Shown: positions 17,063 to 24,403 of the stretch, in pieces
How positions within the stretch are numbered: position 1 is the first letter of the stretch
Layout of the letters: every line of letters starts with the position of its first letter
Source of the DNA: an uncultured Oscillospiraceae bacterium
GTDB taxonomy: Bacteria; Bacillota; Clostridia; Oscillospirales; Oscillospiraceae
Length of the DNA: 64,000 nt
Reading direction: 5' to 3'
Assembly: GCA_910587505.1 (NCBI GenBank)
Contig: CAJULD010000003.1
Location: 5,370 to 69,369 of the forward strand
Position numbers and translations under genes: made by a program
The notes under the pieces: generated by a model
Told to the model about the DNA's origin: nothing
The model's input: only the letters and a program-made list of their open reading frames with translations
Database searches by the model: none

Positions 17063-18586
17063 TCAGTAAGTTTGCATCAGGTCATGCAGGGTATGGTACA
17101 GCTCCCTGAAAACAGGGAACAGCCGGTCGTACGTCTGCCGGTGCTCCCGGTCCGGGACGATCTCCGACTTTTGCCGGATCCAGGAGCGGATGGCCGACCG
17201 GTCGCGTATCCGTCCGCAGCCCAGCCCCGCCAGAAAGGCGTCGCCATAGGACGCGCCGATGGTTACCTCGTTGACGGCCTGGCGGCAGCCGGTGACGTCG
17301 CTGATAATCTGCATCCACAGCGGGTTCTGCGCGCCGCCGCCCACCGTATGGCAGGAACGGATCTCGCATCCGCTCTGCTCCATCGCCTCCAGATTGTCCC
17401 GTATGCCGAAGGCGACGGCCTCCAGCAGGGCCCGGTACAGATGGCCCTCCGTGTGGGAATGGGTCAGTCCGAAAAACACGCCTCTGGCCTTCGGATCGTT
17501 GAGGGGCGTGCGTTCGCCGCAGAAGTAGGGCAGCGCCAGCAGCCTGTCGCAGCCGGGAGGCACGCACTCCGCCTTCCGGGAGAGAATCGTATAGGGGCTG
17601 ACGCCGGACGCCTTCGCCTCCGCCGGAGTCTGTTTGGACAGCTCCCGCAGGAACCAGCCGGTCAGGGACCCGGCGCTGCCCATTCCGCCCAGCAGGCAGC
17701 AGGTTCCCGGAAACAGGTACGGCGCGGCCCAGAGGCGGCGGTCCACCGACGGCCGGTCCAGTACGGAGATGATGAACGCCGTGGAACCCAGCATGAGCAT
17801 GGTTTCTCCCCGGTCCACCACGCCGGCGCTGACCGCCTCCGCTGCGGCGTCGCAGGTTCCCACGCACACCCTCGTCCCCTCCGCAAGTCCGAACTCTCCG
17901 GCCGCGCCGGCGGTGACGGCGGCAGGGGCCTGGGCCGTCCAGCGCAGCGCCGGCAGCCTTCCCCGGCAGCCCAGATTTTCGCACATTTCCTCGTCCCATT
18001 GCTGGGAAGCATAGTCGTAGAGGGGCGTGTACCCGGCGCAGGCGGTATAGTGGTCCATGAACACCTCGCCGGTCAGCCGGAACACCACGTAGGAGGTGGC
18101 GGTCATGAACCACCGCGCCTGCCGGAAGACGTCCTCCCGGTTTTTGCGGAGCCAGGCGATCTTGGGACCGGCGGCCTGGGTGGAGAGGGCGTTTCCGCAG
18201 CGCCGGAAAATCGCTTCCTCGCCGTACTGCGCGTTCATTTCCCGGATCTCCTCGCAGGCGCGGGTGTCGATGCCATAAAGGATGGCCCGGCACAGCGGCC
18301 GGCCCGTTTCCCCCACCGGAAGAACACAGGGGCCGATGGCGCTGACGCAGACGGCGGCAATCTGGTCCGCCGTGATCCGGGCCTTCGCCTTCAGATCCGC
18401 AATCAGCCCCCTGCAGTCGTGTATCCACACCTGTTCCGCGTCATGCTCGTAGTAGCCGGGCTGCACCTCCCTCGTCTCGTGCTCCAGCGCCGAGGAGGCA
18501 AGGATGACGCCGCTGAGATCCGTCAGTACGCCCTTGGACTGGGAGGAGCCGATATCCAGTCCCAGCAGAAAGCATCTATCCTTCAT
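17063..18586 (-). CDS. FGGY family carbohydrate kinase
   Basis: N-terminal FLLGLDIGSSQSKGVL and C-terminal GGGAQNPLWMQI motifs. Confidence 0.85.
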   Translation of the reverse strand: MKDRCFLLGLDIGSSQSKGVLTDLSGVILASSALEHETREVQPGYYEHDAEQVWIHDCRGLIADLKAKARITADQIAAVCVSAIGPCVLPVGETGRPLCRAILYGIDTRACEEIREMNAQYGEEAIFRRCGNALSTQAAGPKIAWLRKNREDVFRQARWFMTATSYVVFRLTGEVFMDHYTACAGYTPLYDYASQQWDEEMCENLGCRGRLPALRWTAQAPAAVTAGAAGEFGLAEGTRVCVGTCDAAAEAVSAGVVDRGETMLMLGSTAFIISVLDRPSVDRRLWAAPYLFPGTCCLLGGMGSAGSLTGWFLRELSKQTPAEAKASGVSPYTILSRKAECVPPGCDRLLALPYFCGERTPLNDPKARGVFFGLTHSHTEGHLYRALLEAVAFGIRDNLEAMEQSGCEIRSCHTVGGGAQNPLWMQIISDVTGCRQAVNEVTIGASYGDAFLAGLGCGRIRDRSAIRSWIRQKSEIVPDREHRQTYDRLFPVFRELYHTLHDLMQTY

Positions 18587-19676
18587 CGGCGTAGTTCCGG
18601 CGGAAATCCGTCCGGGCCGGCATGGCGCGCAGCACCGCCTCCGTCAGCTCCGCCAGCTCCTCCAGATCCCGTATGCTGCACAGCTCCACCGGCGTATGAG
18701 TGTACCGGCAGGGGAAGCCCAGATCGATGACCGGCACGCCGGCGCCCACCAGCTGCACGTAGGACGCGTCCGTCAGCATGCCGCAGGAGGCGAAGCGCTG
18801 GAGGGGGATGCCCTTCTCCCGGGCTGTGTTCCGTACCAGCTCCACCAGTCCGGGATGGGGGATACTCCCGTTCAGCGTGCCGCGCCCGTGGAAATTGTAC
18901 ATGCCCAGGGCAGGGCCGCCGCCCACTCTTGCGGGGGGCGTTCCTCCCGCGTCCGGCGTGTCCCCTGTCAGCACCACGTCCAGGGCGATGGCGAAGTCGG
19001 GCCGGATGGCGCTTGCCGCCAGCATGCCGCCCCGGAGGTTGTACTCCTCCTGCACCGTGGCCACCAGATAGATGTCCATGTCCTCCGGCGGGTGCTCCCG
19101 CAGCCGCCGGGCGAGGTCCATGATTACCGCGCAGCCGCCCCGGTTGTCCATTGCGGTCCCGTAGCACCGGCCGTTTTCCAGCTCCTCCCACCGGGGGCGG
19201 TAGACGATGGGGCAGCCCACCTCGATCCCCAGTGCGCGGACCGCCTCTGCCGTATCCGCGCCGACGTCCACAAACAGCTCCCCGTAGGGGGTCACCGTGG
19301 ATTTTTCAGCGGCGCTGGCGGCGTGGTGGGAGCGGCTGCCGATCACGCCCGGCAGCCACCGGCCCTCCTCCGTCCGCACCAGCACCTCCAGGGCGGGCAG
19401 GGCCTTCTCCGGAATCCCGCCCAGCCGCTCCAGACGGAGAAAGCCGTCGGTGTCCACTTTTTTTACGATCAATCCCAGGGAGTCCATGTGGGCAAAGATC
19501 ATTCCCCGGCGGGCGTTTTCCCGGCCGCAGCGAAATACCGCGATGAGGTTGCCCGCCGTGTCGGTCTCTACGGCGTCCGCCACCGTCCGGTAATACCGGT
19601 ACAGATATTTTCCTACGCAGTCCTCATATCCGGAAGGACCGGGAAGCAGCGACAGATCCCGCAGCTTGTTCTTCAT
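18576..19676 (-). CDS. M42 family metallopeptidase (FrvX/SgcX-like)
   Basis: LPGPSGYEDCV N-terminus and HMDSLGLIV metal-ligand region. Overlaps the kinase gene by 11 nt. Confidence 0.8.
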   Translation of the reverse strand: MKNKLRDLSLLPGPSGYEDCVGKYLYRYYRTVADAVETDTAGNLIAVFRCGRENARRGMIFAHMDSLGLIVKKVDTDGFLRLERLGGIPEKALPALEVLVRTEEGRWLPGVIGSRSHHAASAAEKSTVTPYGELFVDVGADTAEAVRALGIEVGCPIVYRPRWEELENGRCYGTAMDNRGGCAVIMDLARRLREHPPEDMDIYLVATVQEEYNLRGGMLAASAIRPDFAIALDVVLTGDTPDAGGTPPARVGGGPALGMYNFHGRGTLNGSIPHPGLVELVRNTAREKGIPLQRFASCGMLTDASYVQLVGAGVPVIDLGFPCRYTHTPVELCSIRDLEELAELTEAVLRAMPARTDFRRNYADEG

Positions 19677-19714
19677 AGACAGTTTCGCCCCTTTCTATCG
19701 TTTCCGGGCCGGAA

Positions 19715-20761
19715 TTACTGGCCGATGTCGTTAACCAGCACCGCCTTGAGCACCTCTCCCGGCCGTTCCACGGCGGTCTGAATGGCCCTGGCCGTATCCA
19801 GGATCGAGAAGGTGTGGGTAATCAGGGGCTTCACCCGGATTTTTCCGGTGCTGACCAGAGACAGCCCGGTATCCAGCTCCACGTCAAAGCCCGTGCAGCC
19901 CACCACGTTCAGCTCCCGGTGCAGGATGGGGTAGAGGTGCAGCTCGGCCGTTTCCTTTGCTGCGCCGAAAAAGACGAAGGTACCCCGCTTGCGGGTCATC
20001 AGCGTCGCCTGCCGGTAAGTCTCCCCCAGTCCCACCGCCTCGATGGTCACGTCTGCGCCAATCCCTCCGAAAAGCTCTTTGACCGCCTGGATGGGATCGC
20101 AGCTGCGGGAGTTTACGGTGTAGTCCGCCCCCAGCTCCCGTGCCATTTCCAGGTGGTAGTCCGACACGTCTATGGCGGCGATGGCGCCCGCGCCGGCGGC
20201 TTTGGCCGCCTGGATCATGCACAGTCCGATGGTGCCCGCCCCCATGACGGCTACCCGGTCGCCCAGCTTGATTCCCGCCCGGTTGACGGCGTGGATGGCG
20301 TTGGACACCGGCTCCATCAGCGCCCCCTCTTCAAAGCTCATGGCATCGGGCAGGCGGTGGAGATGCCGCTCCTTTACCGCCACGTATTCCGCCATGGCCC
20401 CGTTGTGGAACCCCCGCAGGGCGGAGCCGATGATGCCGCCCTCCTCGCAGATATTGTACCAGGCGTGACGGCAGGCGTAGCATGTGCCGCAGGAGAACTG
20501 GGGATCGATGACAACCCTGTCTCCGGGCCGGAACCGCTCCGCCCCTTCTCCGCAGGCCGCCACGACGCCGGCGGGCTCGTGGCCCATAATCAGGCCCTCC
20601 ACCCGGCCCTTTGAGTTCTCGTCCAGAAAGCCGTGCACGTCGGATCCGCACAGCCCGCAGGCCTTCACATGGACCAGTACCTCGCCTTCCCCGGCCTGGG
20701 GACAGGGCACGTCCTCAATGCAGATGCGCCGGGGCGCATTGCGAATTACCGCCGCCTTCAT
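19715..20761 (-). CDS. Zinc-dependent alcohol/polyol dehydrogenase (MDR family)
   Basis: CGLCGSDVH, GHEPAGVV, structural-Zn CGTCYACR, Rossmann GAGTIG. Confidence 0.85.
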   Translation of the reverse strand: MKAAVIRNAPRRICIEDVPCPQAGEGEVLVHVKACGLCGSDVHGFLDENSKGRVEGLIMGHEPAGVVAACGEGAERFRPGDRVVIDPQFSCGTCYACRHAWYNICEEGGIIGSALRGFHNGAMAEYVAVKERHLHRLPDAMSFEEGALMEPVSNAIHAVNRAGIKLGDRVAVMGAGTIGLCMIQAAKAAGAGAIAAIDVSDYHLEMARELGADYTVNSRSCDPIQAVKELFGGIGADVTIEAVGLGETYRQATLMTRKRGTFVFFGAAKETAELHLYPILHRELNVVGCTGFDVELDTGLSLVSTGKIRVKPLITHTFSILDTARAIQTAVERPGEVLKAVLVNDIGQ

Positions 20762-21405
20762 TTCCGTCCCCCCCTGACCGTTTCAATAAACGCGCGCATC
20801 GCCTGCTCCGGGTCCGGCGCGGAGAGGAGCGGCTCTCCCACTACGATGACGTCCGCGCCGTTCTCCACTGCCCGCAGGGCCTCCTCCGCGTCATAGACGG
20901 CAAAGGAGAGGGGCGTCTTCACCGCCTGACGCACCGCCTGGAGAGCCTGGAGGGGGGAGGCACCGGGATTTTCCCGCTTCTGATCCACACCAAAGTGGAC
21001 CATGATATAGTCTGCCCCCATTGCCTCATATTTTACAGCGCTCTCCACGGGATTCGGCACATTGAAGAGATCCACCGTCACTGCGACATTCTGCCGTTTG
21101 CCCTCTTCGATCGTCTCCCGCACGGTGATGTCCGGACACAGCCCGGTGACCGTTACGTTCCTTGCGCCCCGCTCCCGCGCGGCCGTCACATACCGCTTCG
21201 CCCCGGCAAGAATCATGAAGTCCACCAGCAGGTAGGCCTCCGGGTGGCGGCGGGAGAGAAAATCGATTGCGTGGACGCCCTCAAATTTGTTGAGCGGATT
21301 TCCTACCTCGATCCAGTCCGCTCCGGCCCGCAGCGCACAGTCCATCAGAAATCCGGCCCGCTGGTTGTCTGTCACGTCAATGGCCAGCTGAATGATTGGT
21401 TGCAT
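20758..21405 (-). CDS. KGPDC/HPS-like (orotidine-5'-phosphate decarboxylase suprafamily) enzyme
   Basis: IIQLAIDVTD N-terminus, about 215 aa TIM-barrel size. 4-nt overlap with the ADH gene. Confidence 0.7.
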   Translation of the reverse strand: MQPIIQLAIDVTDNQRAGFLMDCALRAGADWIEVGNPLNKFEGVHAIDFLSRRHPEAYLLVDFMILAGAKRYVTAARERGARNVTVTGLCPDITVRETIEEGKRQNVAVTVDLFNVPNPVESAVKYEAMGADYIMVHFGVDQKRENPGASPLQALQAVRQAVKTPLSFAVYDAEEALRAVENGADVIVVGEPLLSAPDPEQAMRAFIETVRGGRK

Positions 21406-21410
21406 CGCCC

Positions 21411-22220
21411 TCAGTCCTTTCTGATCTCATGTACTTTGTCCATAAAGCGCCTGACGCGTTCGCGGTCCACCGGGTTTTCAAATTTGCCCTCGTACTTGAA
21501 GGTGGTGCCCACCACCGCTCCGTCCGCAACCCGCAGCAGGTTCTCGATGGTCTCCGCCCGGCAGCCCGTGTTGGCCAGCACCACGGTATCCTTCACCACT
21601 TCTTTGACCGTCTTAAGCGTCTCCGGGTCCAGGGCGGACCCGGCGGTGGCGCCGGAGACGCACAGCGCGTCCGGCCGGCAGTTGAAGACCGTCGTCTTTG
21701 CAATGGAGGCCGTGCTGCGGTTGGCCATGTACTGGGCCGCCTCCGGTACGATGTTGAAAAGCAGCTTCACATTTTCCGCGCCCACGGCGTGCTGGTGGCG
21801 GACTGCCGCGCCGCAGTTCGTATTCCACATGCCGAAGTCGCTGGCATAGACGCCGGTAAAGATCTCCCGCACAAACTTTGCGTCGGTGGCCATAGCCAGA
21901 TCGATGGAGGCCACCGGATCCCACAGGCAGTTGACGCCATAGGGAACCCTGATAATGTCCCGCAGTTCCCCAATCACCCGCGCCATGGAGGCCACCGTGA
22001 TGCACTCCACGCTGGTGAGATAGGGCAGGCTGTACTCGTTGCTGAACATGATGGCGTCCACGCCGCCCTCCTGAAGGGCCTCTACGTCCTTACGGGCCTG
22101 TTCCACTACCCACTCCATGCCCAGCTCCTTCCTGTATTGGGGATCTCCGGGAAGGGGCTGCATATGGCACATGGCAATAATTGCCTTCTCCGTACCGATT
22201 GTTTCCTTTAACCAGCTCAT
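21411..22220 (-). CDS. BtpA/SgcQ family protein
   Basis: AIIAMCHMQPLPGDPQY signature-like N-terminus. Start at ATG 22220 after GAGAGGAGAGAG. Confidence 0.7.
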   Translation of the reverse strand: MSWLKETIGTEKAIIAMCHMQPLPGDPQYRKELGMEWVVEQARKDVEALQEGGVDAIMFSNEYSLPYLTSVECITVASMARVIGELRDIIRVPYGVNCLWDPVASIDLAMATDAKFVREIFTGVYASDFGMWNTNCGAAVRHQHAVGAENVKLLFNIVPEAAQYMANRSTASIAKTTVFNCRPDALCVSGATAGSALDPETLKTVKEVVKDTVVLANTGCRAETIENLLRVADGAVVGTTFKYEGKFENPVDRERVRRFMDKVHEIRKD

Positions 22221-22281
22221 GTTGCTCTCTCCTCTCAGATGGAACCTGTGTTCATAGTCGGGTGATTTCTCCCTGAGCAAA

Positions 22282-22310
22282 ATATTACACTATCATTCAA
22301 ATAATTGCAA
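22282..22310 (-). promoter_or_regulatory. Putative promoter TTGCAA-17-TAATAT for the catabolic operon
   Basis: Read on the minus strand. The -35 coincides with one ATTGCA operator-like motif. Confidence 0.35.
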
Positions 22311-22382
22311 TAAAAAACATGCCATTGCACGCATAATCTACTTTTGCGCCAAAATTGCACGACTGTTTTTGACACTATTCAC

Positions 22383-22400
22383 AAATTTCATATGAAATTT
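22383..22400. promoter_or_regulatory. 18-bp perfect palindrome AAATTTCATATGAAATTT in the divergent regulatory region
   Basis: Read directly. Lies between the DeoR gene and the operon. Candidate operator. Confidence 0.4.
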
Positions 22401-22580
22401 CACTCAAAGAACACATTGCAACCGCTTGTGTTTAGCACAAATGATGTTTTTGGCTCTCTTTTGTTGATTCTGATGGTTGACACTGCCCTTATTTGATGGT
22501 AATTTATAATCAGACTCCTTCAAAAGAGCCGTATTGGCAGAGAATGTATGCCAGATTGCTGAAAATGTAGGGTGATAGCT

Positions 22581-23369
22581 ATGAAAACTGTTGTCAGCAA
22601 CGACCTGCCTGCAACACGGAAGGCCAACATAATCCGCTATGTCAATTCCATGGGCAGCGCCACCATCCGGGAGCTTGCCGAATTGCTGAATGTGTCGGAC
22701 GCCACCATCCGGCGGGATCTGGACACGCTGAGCTGCGACAATGTGATCGAGCGAATCCACGGCGGCGCACAGGCGCTGCGCGTCAGCCGCACCTCCTATG
22801 AGTGCGCCTACGGCGACAAATCCAATTACATGGTGGAGGAAAAGAAGCGGATCGGGTTCCGCGCCGCCTCTTATGTTGAGGACGGGGACACCATCCTGCT
22901 GGACTCCGGAACCACCTCCCTGCAAATCGCGCTGAATTTATCGGAAAAGAAAAATATTACCGTTATTACCTACGACCTCCATATTGCCAACTCCATCGTA
23001 ATGGACCCATCCTCCACGCTGGTGGTGACGGGGGGGATCCGCCGGTCCGGTTTCGGCGTTCTCACCGGCTCCATGGTGCAGGACTTCATCCGGGGGATCC
23101 GGGTGGACAAGACCTTCCTCAGTGCGGATGCGGTGGATACCGATTTTGGGGTGTCCAACGCCACGCTCCATGAGGCGGATCTGAAAAAGGCACTTATCCG
23201 CTCCGGGCAGAAGGTCTACCTTGTGGCGGATCACTCCAAATTCGGGAACCTCGCCCTGGTTCATGTGTGCAGCCTTTCCGATGTCGATCTGATTCTGACG
23301 GACTCCGGGCTGCCGGTGAAGTTTCAGAGCCAGCTGGACAGCCGGAATCGCCGGTATGTTCTGGTATAA
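22581..23369 (+). CDS. DeoR/GlpR family transcriptional regulator
   Basis: N-terminal HTH (ATIRELAELLNVSDATIRRDLDTL) plus C-terminal sugar-phosphate sensor domain. ATG 22581 preferred over GTG 22572. Confidence 0.85.
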   Translation: MKTVVSNDLPATRKANIIRYVNSMGSATIRELAELLNVSDATIRRDLDTLSCDNVIERIHGGAQALRVSRTSYECAYGDKSNYMVEEKKRIGFRAASYVEDGDTILLDSGTTSLQIALNLSEKKNITVITYDLHIANSIVMDPSSTLVVTGGIRRSGFGVLTGSMVQDFIRGIRVDKTFLSADAVDTDFGVSNATLHEADLKKALIRSGQKVYLVADHSKFGNLALVHVCSLSDVDLILTDSGLPVKFQSQLDSRNRRYVLV

Positions 23370-23414
23370 TGCTTTTTATAGCGTGCGTCAGGAGGGCTTC
23401 CACAGCTGTCGATA

Positions 23415-23454
23415 AGAGAACGCAGGACCGGCGCCGGTCCTGCGTTCTCTTTTG
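23415..23454 (+). terminator. Intrinsic terminator (16-bp stem + TTT-G-TT)
   Basis: agagaacgcaggaccg / cggtcctgcgttctct followed by tttgtt. Sits between convergent genes. Confidence 0.6.
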
Positions 23455-24198
23455 TTACCCCTGCGCCGCCGTCAGGGCGTCCTCCCGCTCCTGCCGGGCC
23501 TGAGCGATCTGTTCATACAGGCAGTCCAGCGCGTCCCGCAGCCCGCCGATGCGGTCGATGAGGCCCAGGTTCACCGCCTCCTCGCCATAGATCACGCTGC
23601 CCACGTCCGCCGCCATCTCTCCTGTCTTCAGCATGAGGTTCAGAAACTGGATTTCACTGATATGGCTGTTTTTTGCCACAAAACTGACGATCCGCTCCTG
23701 TATGCGCTCAAAATAGTTGAAGGTCTGGGGCGCGGCGATCACCGTGCCGTTCATCCGCACCGGGTGGATGGTCATGGAGGCCGACGGTACGATCATGCTC
23801 ACTTTGGGGGCCACCGCCAGAGGTACGCCGATGGAGTGGCCGCCCCCCAGCACCAGACTGACAGTGGGCTTGCGCATCCCGGCAATCAGCTCCGCGATGC
23901 CCAGTCCCGCCTCGATGTCGCCGCCCACGGTATTCAGCAGCAGCAGCACCCCGTCTACCTCCTCATCCTGCTCCAGACTGGCCAGCAGAGGCATGACGTG
24001 CTCATATTTGGTGCTTTTTGCCGTTTCCGGCAATACCTGGTGGCCCTCCACCTGCCCTACGATGGTCAGGGTGTAGATGCTGCCCCGCTCATTGTGGCTG
24101 ACGGCGGAGCCGAAGTCCACGATCCGCTGGCGGCCGTCGGATGGATTCTGGTTGTCATTTTCCCCGACGGGAGCGGTGGTTCTGGTTTCCTGGTCCAT
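23455..24198 (-). CDS. ClpP/TepA family serine protease-like protein
   Basis: ClpP-fold pattern LLLNTVGGDIEAGLGIAELI ... VLGGGHSIG. Size about 247 aa. Confidence 0.65.
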   Translation of the reverse strand: MDQETRTTAPVGENDNQNPSDGRQRIVDFGSAVSHNERGSIYTLTIVGQVEGHQVLPETAKSTKYEHVMPLLASLEQDEEVDGVLLLLNTVGGDIEAGLGIAELIAGMRKPTVSLVLGGGHSIGVPLAVAPKVSMIVPSASMTIHPVRMNGTVIAAPQTFNYFERIQERIVSFVAKNSHISEIQFLNLMLKTGEMAADVGSVIYGEEAVNLGLIDRIGGLRDALDCLYEQIAQARQEREDALTAAQG

Positions 24199-24205
24199 AA
24201 AATGA

Positions 24206-24244
24206 TCCCTCCCTTTCGCCGGTAGTCTTTGCGAAAGGGAGGGA
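24206..24244 (-). promoter_or_regulatory. Perfect 14-bp hairpin sequestering the Shine-Dalgarno of the TepA-like gene
   Basis: mRNA sense: tccctccctttcgc-(11 nt)-gcgaaagggaggga-tcatttt-ATG. The 3' arm contains the only SD. Confidence 0.5.
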
Positions 24245-24403
24245 AATCATGCATATAGCCGGAACCTCGCCGGCTCAGCCCGCCGGTGTTTTCTCTGACC
24301 GGCGGCAGAAACGACGGCCCTGCGGGGAAAACGCCTGCCGCCATGTCTGAAAAGCGCGCAGTACGGCAGAATACAGATCATTTTTCTCGCGTTGCAGGTC
24401 TCC

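Noticed and set aside
14536-17109. An 857-aa plus-strand ORF across the permease/SBP region. Similar long antisense ORFs occur at 11934-13658, 16991-18730, 18504-19781, 19814-20614, 20611-21849 and 21396-22211.
   Set aside because: All are antisense to motif-supported genes of the catabolic operon. Their composition is Arg/Gly/His/Pro/Gln-rich and they lack RBSs and domains. This is typical high-GC shadow-ORF behaviour.
17082-18428. A 448-aa same-strand alternative-frame ORF inside the FGGY kinase gene. Similar internal alternative-frame ORFs occur at 18583-19191, 12652-13125 and 53715-54356.
   Set aside because: The annotated frames carry the family motifs. The alternative frames are Arg/Gly/Pro-rich, which is typical of off-frame translation of GC-rich genes.
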